Assembly (NCBI GenBank): GCA_010909165.1
Contig: VJWM01000327.1
Location: 1 to 64,000, forward strand
DNA from: Anthoceros angustus
Lineage: Eukaryota; Plantae; Anthocerotophyta
Reading direction: 5' to 3'
Length of the DNA stretch: 64,000 nt
Shown here piece after piece: positions 1-12,338 of this stretch. The translations under genes were made by a program, and so were the position numbers. Numbering within the stretch: the first letter of the stretch is position 1; every line of letters begins with the position of its first letter. The notes under the pieces are model-generated. The model made no database searches. It was not told the DNA's origin and saw only the letters and a program-made list of their open reading frames with translations.

Positions 1-189
1 TCATCATAGGCCTGTTGCCCTCCACTATACATCAACCTCCCTGCCTGTATGTTGGCACCTACAAACATGAAGAGCAGCAGGTAGTCATCGGCAGACAACA
101 AGACCTTACTGGCAACAACAACAGCCTTTGCAATAGCACCAGCAACAAGAGGACAACAACAATCCCATTCAGCTTGGTGTTCGTGAGGG

Positions 190-987
190 TGATCCTTTGT
201 CCCCCAATCTTTTCAGGTTGTATATTGACGAGTTGGAGGAGTGGCTTATGACTTTTGATGATCCTGGTGCTCGTCTGTTCCTCAAGAGTATTCCTATCCT
301 TTTATATGCAAATGATATTGTGCTTCTCTCGCATTCTCCGGAGGGCCTACAGCAGCAACTTCACGTGCTTGCTAATTTTTGCAAAGCTAAGGGTCTCAAT
401 GTCAATCTGCGCAAGACCAAGATTATGCTTTCAACTTTAAGAATTACAGGGGGGATTGCATGTTCTATTATGATGGTAAGGAGGTGGAGTTGGTCCGCTC
501 CTATACATACCTCGGTGTCACGTTTTTTGGCCCCAAGTTCAATTGGACTTTTTCTGCCTCCTCCCGTATCATCAAGTGGTTGGGTTCTATTGGTGTTTTG
601 CGCCAAGCCTTATACCGGATGCATATTCATGATATCTACCTCCGACTGTGGCTTTTCAACACAGTGGTCATTCCCTCAACTTTGTATGGACATTGCTTGT
701 AAGCGTTCCACTCCCTTACCTATCCTCCTTTCTGAATTCGCTGCCTTCTCCCTTGAACTTGATGGCCTCTTTCGCCTATCCTGTTTCCTTTACCACCTCC
801 ACCTTCTTGACATGGCTAACCCTAGCCCTCCCCCTTACCATCTCCTTGCGTACAGGTCTTTCCGCTCCCTTTGGCTCAATACTCATTCTCAAGCTTCCTT
901 ATGCTAGCTCTCTCAACCCGCTGCTTAGCTTAAAAGGTTTGGGTTTGGCCCTTTTAAACTCCCGGCTTGACCTACTCCCCATTTCCC
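190..987 (+). mobile_element. Non-LTR retrotransposon (LINE) reverse transcriptase fragment, degenerate
   Basis: ORFs 197-907 and 460-702 give SPNLFRLYIDEL...ILLYANDIVLL (YADD box variant)...FCKAKGLNVNLRKTKIM and ...SYTYLGVTF...LFNTVVIPSTLYG, which are C-terminal RT/thumb motifs of LINEs. Frameshifted. Confidence 0.85.
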
Positions 988-1494
988 ACCTTTGTCCAAA
1001 ACCCATTAGGCAATCCAGAGTTTGACAACAACCACGATCCTCTCCTCGAATGGTTACGTTTCATCCGCTCGGCCCACACCATTTTGTGGAGGAGTATCTG
1101 GCCTTGATTAATTCTCTTGATTCCCTTTGGAATCATGAATGGCCCCAAAGCTTTGAAACATACTCTCCACCGTTATCCGTCTCAGACACTTCAATCGGTA
1201 CGGATGCGATTCTCTACAAGGGTGACAAATTTAAAACACTGGCCGAACTTCATCCTTTCCTCAAAGGATAAACCCACACCTTCGTGAGAAATCATCGATG
1301 AAGTGACAAAATAGGAGGCCTTAATTGCAGAGGCATAGGTCCACATACATCGGCTGTGAACCAACTCAAGAGGTTTACTCCTACCTTTACCTCTCTTGTT
1401 CGATGTGATGATTATGCTGTTATATAAGCGTCACACATTGAGAGACTGCAGAAGTTAAGACGAGGATATAACGGGCGAGATAAAACCTTCATTC
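988..1494 (-). mobile_element. Ty1/Copia (Tnt1-like) integrase fragment; host of the element at 1495-8054
   Basis: Minus strand near 1330-1370 reads LELVH(S)DVCGPM across a frameshift. It continues the gag-protease segment at 8060-9330 on the other side of the insertion. Confidence 0.7.
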
Positions 1495-1695
1495 AGTTAG
1501 AATTGCATGCGGAAGCGTCTTAAGCAAAGATGCTATATTAACAGTGAATCAAGTGTGATCATAGGTGGGCTTTTATAGGTGGTCTCGAAGGGTGTGTCCT
1601 TTCGCTAGCCTAGCTAACTACCTATACTAACTGCTAGGTCTAGCTGACTAACCAAATTGGTACAGAACCAACGTGGTCTGCTATTATTTCTAACT
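1495..1695 (-). repeat. 3' LTR of Copia family A
   Basis: Direct repeat of 7862-8054 with 8-bp terminal inverted repeat AGTTAGAA/TTCTAACT. Confidence 0.92.
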
Positions 1696-4600
1696 CTCCC
1701 TCTCAGACATGTTGCCGCCCGAGAGCTCAAGAAAGGAGATCACTACTAAAAGAAACCGCCATCGGCTACCATCTTCGGCTCGGTGTCACATCTTCTAGTC
1801 GCTCCCGGCCGACGCCGAGTCTCGTCGACAAAGAACTCACGCAGAGAGCACCCCATGACCAGAGAAGCAAGTCTTCAACTTAAGTTATCTTCGTAGATGA
1901 TGGAACAAACATGGAAAGCCTCACCAAATGAGTGATTTGTCTAGCTCACATAGCTACTACAATCTACAAGTCCAAGCCCTTCTCTGGGAAACAAGTGTTT
2001 AAACTTGGGCAGACTTCACGTAACATCGTCAGATTATCATCCTGTTGACACATAGATCTTCACTAAGCCCCTCTCAGAAGATCTCTAACATAATGATGTT
2101 GAATCTCAATGTGCTTAGCGGGCGTGAAACATGTGGTTAGAAACTGTATGGTACGATATTATCACGCAATAAGCCGAGGTCCCGCTTGTTGCATACCCAA
2201 GTCTCGTGACAACTTCCTTTCCCACTGCCTCCTTAGTGGCTTCAGAGAGGTAATTCGACCGTGGAAGATAAAGATATTGAGGCTTGTTTCACAAGACCAA
2301 TTTACAACAAAGGAGCCATGAGGAAGCAATAAGCCGATAGACTCTTTCGTGTCTGATCGGAAGCCCAACTGTGATCGACATAGCAAGTCAATTGTAGACT
2401 CCTTTTGCCACTAGGCTTGTAGCAGACCATAGTTAGAAGTACCCTTGAGGTACCGCATAATTCTTTTAAGTGCTACCCAGTTGATCCCTTCCGGTTCTCG
2501 TGAGAATTGGGCAACGCATTAACATGATTAGATATGTCCGGTCTTGTCTGGCTAAGAAACATGAGAGTGCCAACCGCCATACGATAAGGTACACTCTCCA
2601 TTTTTCTTCGCCGACTGTGGACAAGAAGATGAGGAGAGCTTAACACCAACAAAGACTGGAGTGGTAGCCGCCGCGTGCATTCTCCAAGTTGAACCTCTTG
2701 AGCATCCTGCCACATATCGACCTTGATGAAGGTAGATTGCTCCAAAGTGGACTCTCTTTGTGTACGCATTCCAAGAATGTATTTAACTTGACCCGATCTT
2801 TCATTTCAAACTCCTTGAGATCGAGATTGATCCGTTAACCAACTCCACATTGTTACCGGGATAACTAAGTCATCCACGATAACGCTATCAAAACAAGTGA
2901 GCTGTCCTTTGTAGCACATAGTTAGTATCGCTTCGGCACGAAGCCAATCTTCTTAAGATAAGAGTCAATTCTCTGTACCAAATGAGGACTTTGTTTGAGC
3001 CCATAAATAGAACGAAGGAGTTTACACACCTTGTGCGGAATCTCTTATCCTCATAATCCTGTTGATCCATGTAGATCTCTTCTTCCAAGTGACCATAGAG
3101 GAAAGTCGATAAACGCGTCCGATAGATGTCCAAGTTAAGTTCAAGACATAAAGCAAGGAGCATCCTTATCGGGTGCTTTGACGACTGTGTGAGTAGACTT
3201 GATCGCCTTGATAGTCGACTCTCTTCTCGACTATAGCCCTGGCCACTAGCCTCGCTTTATAACGATGGGGCTCAACCTCTTGAAACTTGGTTTTGAGTAC
3301 CCACTTGCACTTGATGAGTCCTTCCCGGGGTAGATCCACTAACGCCCAAGTGTTATTCTTGACTAAAGAGTTATACTCATCGTCAACAGCCGCTTTAGAC
3401 CGTGTCTAGCATATGCTTCTTGAAGTGTGAGAGGATCTCCTCCTCAAACAATGTAACTCATAGCAAGAGAATAGGCGGCCGGATCAAGATCAAGATAACC
3501 AGCTTGATTGAACTCCAAGTCAAATGGCTTCTCATTCCAGAGGTGTCTAGTCTCCGACGCTGTAGGGTACCTACTGTGGAACAACGACTTGTCTCGGGGT
3601 GATGGAGGTAAAGGAATGTCTGGGCCGCCTCCAAAGATGTATGTCCCCAAATCCAGAGGCACCGTCTGCATCATCCATGGGCCGATCATATTCTCTCGAA
3701 AGGTGAACCGGAAGAACCGAATCGCTTGAGGTAAAGGAGCCATGGCAGGACAGAAGACCAGCAGAAAAGACGAAGGGCTTAAATCAAAGTGAATGTAAAC
3801 GGCCGAGAGCGGACTATTGGGGATAGAAGTCGCATCATCATCCTCATCCAAAAGCGGACCAGAGGAGAGAATCTCGACGAAAGTGACAGACCGAGCATAA
3901 ACAGGAGTCCGAGTAGCCACATCAATCAACTTGTACGCCTTGCGATCCTCACCATAACCCACAAACACCAGCTTCCGTGCTCGGGAAGAAAGCTTATCAC
4001 GGAGCCGAGAGGACATAGGCATAAGCAGGAGAGCCAAAGACGCGCAAATGGGTGATCAAAGGCTTGTACCCATGCCAAGAGACTCGAAAGGAGTACTAAC
4101 AACAACTTGGTCAAGAACTGTTTTGATGTATGCCGTCAGAGACCGCCTCAAAAAGACTTAGGCAAGCGTTTAGACCGGCTAACATAGCTCGCGCATGGCC
4201 ATGAGATCGCCATTGGCCTTCTCAGCAACGCCATTCTGAGCGGAAGTGTAGGGAACAGTGAATTGTCTCAAGATCCCACGCTCCTCACAGTAGTCTTTGA
4301 ACTGATGGTTGTTGAGTTCTCCCGCATTGTCGGATCTGATGCACCGCAGCTTGCATCCAGTGTGCAACTCGGCCATAGAAACAAAAGGTGAGAACACAGC
4401 AAAGGAGTCACTCTTGAGACGAAGCGGGTACGCAAAAGAGTAGCGGGAATAATCATCCACTATCGTCATAAAATGGCGTGCTCCGCCTAAAGAAGTAATA
4501 GGGAGAGGTCCACACAAGTCTACGTGAACTAACTCCAAAGGCTGAGAAGCCCTATGAGGTGAAGACCAGAGTAGGAGAGCTCGCTTGCAGCACACACGCT

Positions 4601-7600
4601 TCACAAAGAGGTGGTGTCTTGGCCAAGGAGGGCAACTTATCTCGATACAAGTCCTGCTGAGTCATGGCAAGGAGCTTGGCAGGATTGAGGTGCCCAAGTC
4701 GACAGTGCCAAAGTAGGGCATTCCCAGATGGAGGGAGCCCAGGTGGTGAGGCAACCTTAGAAGATGCTACCACTGCAGCAAGTGTAGTGTACACAGGGGT
4801 GCCAGTGAAGATGTAGAGATCATTGCGGGGCTGCCCTCTGGCTACAACTTGCCTTGGCTGAGAGGAACGATAGAGAAAACAATCCTCACGTCCAAACTCC
4901 AATTAAAAGCTCCATCTAGCGGTTGGCACGGAAATCAAATTCTTAGCCATCCGCGGACGTGGAGCACACTATTTAGCACAAGGAGGAACCATCCTCCAAA
5001 GGTGAATGTCAACCAACTCCAAAAGCAATAGCAAGGCCGAGTCATCGCCCAACAAAGACAAAACGTGGAGTGTCATTGTCGTGTAGGAAGTAAACATGTG
5101 CTTGAGCTGCAGATATGGGCATGAGTCCAAAGAAACTGTGAGGTCAACTCGTTACCAAGCACACTAAAGCAATCTCTTGATTTGGTTCTTGGCCTTGGAG
5201 AATAGTCAGATTAGCGCCTTGATCTCACGCTTTCTCACCGGCCTGCTTCTTCCTGCACTCAAGGCCCCAAAGGGCCGGGTGATCGACACCAATTGCACGC
5301 CCTTGACGCTTTGCAGCTTGAGGAGGGGAAGAGGCGTGAAGGAGGCCTTTGATGGGCCGGAGTTGTTGTCGGGTTATTCTCTCTTCTGTTGATTTTGTGA
5401 CCGTCCTCGAGTCACAAACATCACCGCTCTCCACCATGTTTAGATGTGCCGAGTTGAAGCGGGATGCCTCCTCGAAGGAGTGCGCCAAAGAAGCTGGCTA
5501 CGCTTAGGTGGATTGTCCACCAGCCGCCATCGCTGTGAAGTCCGGACCGACCGGTTTTGGGAAGAGAAACGATCGATAACCAGCCGGAAGGCCGGTCGAC
5601 GAAAGATCACATTGTAGTCAGTCCAAGTGCAGCCAATTGTGCCCAAGGTACCGAACACCACGTGATGGGCAATACTATCACCTTGTTGCATCCGAAGAGT
5701 GTAAAACTCTTGTCGGACGGTGACCAAGGTCATCACATTCGCTGATGATAGATGTCATTGATCCGCCTGGCCTCTGCTGAAGTAGTCGCATCCGGTGATG
5801 CAAGGTGGTTTCGCCAAGGCGAAACCAGCATTTGCATGGCTTGACGATCCAACTTGAGCCACGCATCAATCGCCGACCGAGGTGCGGTAGGCTTTGGGGA
5901 AACACCTCCACGGGAGAAGATCGCGTGTTGAGAGTTTTCATCCGCCGAGACCAAAATCTCATATTTGGTCCTTGAACCTATCTCTCTTTGAAGTCAGGAG
6001 ACGTTCATAACATTAATTACAGGAGCCAGAGATGGCGGAGGTGGCGGTGGTGGTGGAGTGCCTCCTGACATGGTCAAATCCTTGGCTCCACAATTGTGTA
6101 AACGAGCAGCGTGTTGTGACACAAGGCTCAGAAAAACACAACTGTAGTGTGAGCAAAAATTTTTCCAGGAGAGTTCAAAGCAAACACACTCACACCAGCC
6201 ACCTACAACGACGTACCGGATCCTGGCTCCAAAATTGTTTTCGAGCACTCTATCAAAGCTTGACTCAATGCGTCAACAATGCAAGAACATTCACAAGATT
6301 AGTGATGTGGGTGATCGATCGCCAAAGATTTTGATAATGGAGAGAGCGTTGTTCGGGTGCGAGGCTCGGCGGGCCTCGTTGTACTTGAACTCCTTGTAGG
6401 CGCTTCCAAAGTCTCGAAGGAGAGGACGGATCTTGGTTCCTCCTCAATATGACGGCGGTGTATTGACGATGTCCCTGTTGAAATCGTGTAGGAGGCACTT
6501 CGTGACAGCCAAGAGCCGTCGAGTTGAGAAGGATCGCCACCAAAATCGCCACTAATTTCTGGAAAAGAGCCCGAAAAACAATTAATGTGAGCGAAGAAAA
6601 GAATTAGGGGCCCTGCTCGACGTAACGGGTGACACCCGTCATGAATGGGCACGCCGTTCCGAACGGGTGCGTGTAATACCGAACGGGTGGCACCTGCTCG
6701 GGCGCCCACAACTTGTTGATAACGTTCGGCGGGCGATCACCGCGGCGAACCGCCAAGGCCGCTGGCGCTCCGCGCGCGCGCGCCTCCTGAGCACCAACCC
6801 GAGGTCGGCGAGGATGGCGGACGGCCGAGATCGCCGGGCGCGCCCCTTGTCGATGGCGACTCCAGATGGGGCGCCTGGGGCTGTGAGATCTCGCCTCTCG
6901 TCGGTCAAATTGCCGAGATTCGTGACGATCAATTCATCGCCGCCGCCCAATCCACAAAATTTCGCGATTCGGGCCGGACGGCTGATGCAGGGGGGCTCGA
7001 GCCGATCAAGGCGCCTGAGAAGCACCTCCGTGATGAATTTTGGCTAGAATCGGCCGAGATTGAGAGAATCGATCTTCTCAATCGCTCTTGTGCCTCTTGA
7101 CGGTCTGCGCACTCGAGTGATCCTCACGCCGACCGAAAAGATGGAACTGATGGCGGAGACCACCCTTGATCTTGCAAGGTATGGAAGAGGGCATCCACCC
7201 ACCCGCCGAACATCCGGTAGTGGCGAGGTGCTTGAGTGAAGCCAAAACCTCGAGTTGTTATGCGTTGATTGGTGCGCCCATGGGATCGCTCCCTATCCTC
7301 TCCAATGCGCCGTGCTTGGGGCTGAGAGCGACGATTCCTTGCCATGCTTGCTGAGATTAGTGGCTAGGAGATTAGAGAATGTAAGATGGTCAATAGGATA
7401 GATGTTAGAAGAGAGAAAAACCTTTGAGGCTTCCCCTCCCCCTCTATCCATCTTAAGGACCAGGCTACTTACACCCAATCAAATCCCATGGGCATGTAGA
7501 TAGGAAAGGAGGCAAGAAAATAAATAGAAAATTGGTTTTTCATTTTTCTACATGTCTTCCTTTTCTAAACCTCTATTAAAATAGAAGACAATAAAATTTA

Positions 7601-7861
7601 ATTTCTATAAATATAGAAGAACTAAATTCATAGGCTTGAGAAAGCTCCATTAAGTCGCATGGAAGCTTGGGGACCTCATCGTAGCTGCCTTCTTTGTGGT
7701 CAGGTAGAACCAATCTGCTATCCAAAACAACGTATCAAGTTTTTCTAACCATGAGCGAGCAAATGGAGCTTCAAAAATCCATGGCTCACCTGGGTAATGA
7801 TACGTGCAAAGTCTAGCCATTGAACCTAGAGACCATGGTAGGAGCCGAGGCTTTGATACCA

Positions 7862-8054
7862 AGTTAGAATTGCATGCGGAAGCGTCTTAAGCAAAGATGC
7901 TATATTAACAGTGAATCAAGTATGATTATAGGTGGGCTTTTATAGGTGGTCTCGAAGGGGTCTGTCCTTTCGCTAGCCTAGCTAACTACCTATACTAAGC
8001 ACTGGTCTAGGTAACCAAATTGATGCAGGAACCAACGTGCACTTATTTCTAACT
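7862..8054 (-). repeat. 5' LTR of Copia family A
   Basis: Direct repeat of 1495-1695, followed on the minus strand directly by the iMet PBS. Confidence 0.92.
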
Positions 8055-8059
8055 CATTC

Positions 8060-11000
8060 CCTTAGGACATATGTCCCTGGCAGCATGCCACAAGGAAACA
8101 TTTGGGTTTGCTTTCTGTTACGAGATCATGATCTTTGGCAGTGTTTACGAAGTGAGTACAAAGTGCCACACTTGATCCACGAGCTAACACAAGAGAACCT
8201 TTGGAGATCTTCCAAGAGTGATCCCCAAACCGGTGGTAACCCGGCATCATCCAAGCATCTGCGCTAATCATGCTCTTTGTCAACTTGAACATGCCTAACG
8301 TCCTTCAGCATGAATGAAGATCTGTTGTCAAACTTGAGCTACACATCACCTCGCTGCGATCGCATGCGTAGTTATTTCCAAGCCTAACGCATCCTTTCCT
8401 TGTAGCATCATCGTGCTAAACCACTCTCTATGAGGAGTAACATGGAAAGATGCACGAATCAATTATCCAATTGCGAATAAATGACTATCACATATTAATT
8501 ATGCGACATTCAAGTAAGAAGAGATAAGGACATCTCGTCCTCAACGAGTTTAACTCTTCCTGACAGAAGTCGCCTTCTTGTCGTCCTGCTTCTTCTCTTT
8601 TCCTTGGTCCTTTTGAACTTCTCGCACTCTCTTTTGAAGTGACCCCTTTTGTGACAATAGTGACACTCCACATTCTTATTACGACTACGAGATTTGCTGA
8701 GAAAAGCTTATCCGGTTGCTTCCCTTGCGTGGACCTCCCTCTCACTATGAGACCTTTGGAACCTTTGGAAGGTTCCATGTTTTCTGTTCACCTCCTCGTT
8801 AACGGCTACCTTCTACATTTACAATGGTAAGACCACTAGCGAGGCGAAATTACTCAGGCTGAAAGGTGTCCCAACTCTCGGTAATGTGACCAGCGAAACA
8901 TAGCTCTCACGGAATGGGAATGTGATACCTTGAGATGAGGCTGGCTGAAAATGGTATTGAAATCATTCGGATGATCGGACATCCTCGTCCCTTCCTTCAT
9001 CTTCAAGTCCACCATTTGTTTCAACCAATACACGAAGCCGCACTTTGCTTCTCATACAGTCCTGACACGCCCGCGATCCGTAACTTGTGGTCTTATCTTT
9101 CACATTGAAGTACTGTTTTTGACAATGTTAGCATGATAGTAGATCTAGCAAGCTCATCCAGTCCGCCACTCATCACATGTCATACTATACGGTTTGGCGC
9201 CTAACAACTTTATGGGCTTGATCGCTTTTTACGCACTAGAACATTATACACTTGTTCTTTCGAGCGGGAAGTTAGTACCATCTAACTACCGATATTGAAC
9301 ATAGCGTTTTCGATGATGAAGACATCATGATTCAAAAATCGTCTGAGATAAAACTCGCCTTGTCGGAAAAGTCAAAGAAAAGCATCTTGCGTCACGGCGT
9401 GTATTTTGTTGGCTATTCCACCGATATTCGGCGAATATTTTGGCGGTTTTACGCCGCGTGACCACCGCGCTGCGCTCGCGATGCGTGCACGGCTGGGCCG
9501 CTGCGGCTTCTGCGCCGGCCCGGCCGCCCGCGTGGCGCCTGCGCACCCAGCGGCCGCCCCGCCACAGCGCCGCCGCGCCCAGCGGCCCAGCCGCGCTTGT
9601 GGCGTGCCGTGGCACAGCCACACCGTGGCCGGCGCCCGCGGCTGCCAGCATCGCGCCACGCTTCCCTGTGCGCGCGCTGGCCGCGCGCGCCCGCGGCTGG
9701 CCCGGCTTCGCGGCCGCGCCCTGCGGCCGCGGCCAGCGCGCCCGCGTCCGGCTGGCGGCTTGGCGCCAGCGCTCGCGGCACTCGCCCGCTCACGGCTTTC
9801 TGCGTTCGCGCCCCTCGCGATGTGGATCACCGCAATTCCAGCTGCGCCGACCCTGCGGTAGAAAATTCTAGCATCGCAACACAACCAAACCTTTCGATGC
9901 GGTTGAAGGATCGTGTGGCGGCACATGATGGTGGAAAGAGGAGAGGAGAGGAGAGGCAAGTGTAACTCTCACATTGAGATGAGGCTTGGAGGTATTATAC
10001 CCTCAGCACTCTAGGAAGCTCCACAAGAAGCCCCTAGGAAGGAGCACAAGAAGCTTCCTAGTGATTAGCTTCTAAACTAATGATACACCTAACTTAGACT
10101 AAGTGTATTAGTCTAAGTACATTGAGCTTTAATACCCTTACAACCTCCCACTTAAAGGCCAATTTACCTTCGTGAAGAATGGACTACCTCATGCCCATCG
10201 ATTGTCCGAGCTTGTGCAAATTGCTCCGTAGAGTCCCTTGGTAAGAATATCTGCGGGGTTGTGGTGTGAACCTTGACAAGTTGTACCCTCTTGTCGTCCA
10301 ACACCTCTCGAATGAGTGATACTTCACATCCACATGTTTAGTCTTGCATGAAACACTTTGGATTCTTTGCCAATTGGATAGCACTCTGGCTATCACAATG
10401 CAACGGCACTCAACCTTGATCCCCAAGTCTCCCACTAAGCAGGCAAGCCATATGGCTTCCTTGCAAGCCTCGATTCTTTGCAACATACTCGGCCTCTATG
10501 GTAGATAGCGTAATGCAAAAACGAGATCGCCATGAGGCGCCCCTCCGATGTGAATAACTTTGATGTGGACCTCCTTTTGTCCATATCCCTGCATAATCGC
10601 ATCATGTACCCAACCACATGCATCTTCACTACCAAAACATATGCACAAAGCTTTTGTACCATTCGGATACCTCATAACTCCTTTTCACTCCCAATGCTTC
10701 TTGCGAGGTTTGACATAAACACTAACCACTCCTGCAAAGGCAATGTCGGGGCGTGTAGCAATCATTGCATACATCAAACTCCCTACGGTGATGAGTATGG
10801 GACCTTCTCCATTTTCACTTTGTCCTCCTCGAGCTTGGGCAATCCGGCAGAAAGTTTCACATATGGAGGCAATGGGTACCCAATGGTTTCCTTCTCCATG
10901 TTGAAGCGTTGAAGCACCACATTAATGTATTAAAATGCGAGACAAATAAAGCGGGGCGCTTATGCATTCAGCGAATCGCATGCCAAGTATATGGCTCGCC

Positions 11001-11120
11001 TCTCCCAAGTCTGTCATTTCAAAGTGAGCATTCAACTTTGATTTCAACGCTGAAATCTCATCAGCACTGTTCCCAGCAATTAGCATATCATCCACATAGA
11101 GGATCAAAACGAGCAAGGTG
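8060..11120 (-). mobile_element. Tnt1-like Copia block: RT/RNase H (10184-11120), PPT, single LTR (~9904-10142), GC-rich leader, gag-protease (8060-9330)
   Basis: LILYVDDMLIAG...FEMTDLGEASHILGM (RT); EACKEAIWL...TKHVDVKYH (RNase H); PPT AAGTGGGAGG followed by TGTAAGG at 10142; gag zinc knuckle (CHYCxKRGHFKREC-like) near 8620-8675; protease WIIDS...FHVTPHREWF near 8420-8475. The left LTR boundary and PBS are degenerate and uncertain. Confidence 0.8.
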
Positions 11121-11800
11121 TTCTCCCTTGAACTTGATGGCCTCTTTCGCCTATCTTGTTTCCTGCTTAGCTTAAAAGGTTTGGGTTTGGCCCTTTTAAA
11201 CTCCCGGCTTGGCCTACTCCCCATTTCCCCGTTCCTCCTTCTGATCTTCTTCCACACCACCTCATTCGGCGGGATCTTAAGTTATCATACCTCCATCTCA
11301 CTTGGTCCCTCCTCTCATCTGCGCCTCCTCTAACACCCATGCTCCATTTCTACAAGGATGGCTTTCGTGTCAATCCCCCCTCTGGTTTACCCTGCCACGT
11401 TACCTCAATTCTCATCTCTTCTTCACGATTCGCATACTCATTGGTCAATTTCGTGTCAGCTGCCATCACCTCCTCATCGAGATTGACTGCTGGCTTAATC
11501 CAGCGCTTCCTCGGGATGCTCATATTTGCAAGCTCTGCTCCTTTGACATTGAATCCGAATCCCACTTCCTCTTCTTTTGCCCTGTTTATGCCCCTATTTG
11601 GGCTCGTTACACTCTTCTTTTTGAATGTGCTGGTTTTTCTTTGTGTCGTTTCTTTTCCTTTCATGTACCTAAGCTCACTAGCCTATGTCTCTCTGAGCTT
11701 CTCTATTTTCGGCAGTCTTAGTTGGACTCTTTATAGCTTCTTGCCTCCTTTTCCTTCTTCTAGCCTTGCTTCCATTTTCAACTCACAATGTTTTAGTCTC
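11121..11800 (+). mobile_element. LINE 3' fragment (C-terminal zinc-knuckle region), same element or family as 190-987
   Basis: 11121-11229 repeats 746-789 joined to 921-987. ORF 11302-11721 has FRVSCHHLLIE...ICKLC...ESESHFLFFCPVY, the CCHC-type LINE ORF2 C-terminus. Confidence 0.85.
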
Positions 11801-12043
11801 TCTAGTTGAGACGTACGTGTGTGCATGTGGTGATGTCCACGAAGGACATAAAATAATTCAAGGAACACTTGGTTAGGATCCCTGGCATTTACCCAGGCGA
11901 CCCGGGTTCGACGGTTACGGAATAGGTAGTAACTAGTCACTAGCGTCAAGCTTTCAACTTTCCATGCTTGAACGCCATTTAGCCACGGACTACAAAAATC
12001 GTCGAGGACAGTGGTGCGCATTCTGCGTTGCAAGACAAAGCAG

Positions 12044-12269
12044 TAGGACGATTGCCCCTGCCCAAGTGCTTCCGTTTCGAGCTTCGTATGAAACAAACCG
12101 GGCTCACAGGACATCGAACTAGGACGATTGCCCCTGCCTAAGTGCCTCCGTTTCGAGCTTCCTGTGAAACAAATCGGGCACACAGAACATTGAACTAGGA
12201 CGATTGCCCCTGTCCAAGTGCTTCCGTTTCGAGCTCCCTGTGAAACAAATGGGGCACACAGGACATTGA
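12044..12269. repeat. Three tandem copies of a 76-bp unit immediately upstream of PPR gene 1
   Basis: Unit TAGGACGATTGCCCCTG...GACATCGAAC starts at 12044, 12120 and 12196. Confidence 0.95.
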
Positions 12270-12338
12270 TGCAGTGTGAGATGGTGTCGCGCATGCCACG
12301 CTCAGCGCGGGCTCGTTCGGGCTATCGCTGGCGCGTCA

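Larger units (their letters stand above)
1495..8054 (-). mobile_element. Full-length Ty1/Copia LTR retrotransposon (family A), degenerate gag-pol, non-canonical AG...CT termini
   Basis: LTRs 1495-1695 and 7862-8054; 5-bp TSD CATTC (1490-1494 and 8055-8059); tRNA-iMet PBS (minus strand TGGTATCAAAGCC, 7849-7861); PPT GAGAGGGAG abutting the 3' LTR. Copia domain order: gag (MSGGTPPP start 6072), WHCRLGH, integrase (LVHVDLCGP, IVDDYSRY, IRSDNAGE, QNGVAE), RT (FLYGHLEEEIYM), RNase H. Confidence 0.95.

Noticed and set aside
9325-9965. Multiple Arg/Ala/Pro-rich ORFs
   Set aside because: Open on both strands only because of extreme GC content in a retrotransposon leader; no domain motifs.
12044-12269. 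CRISPR-like array
   Set aside because: Units are contiguous and similar along their whole length, with no unique spacers and no cas genes; the context is eukaryotic.
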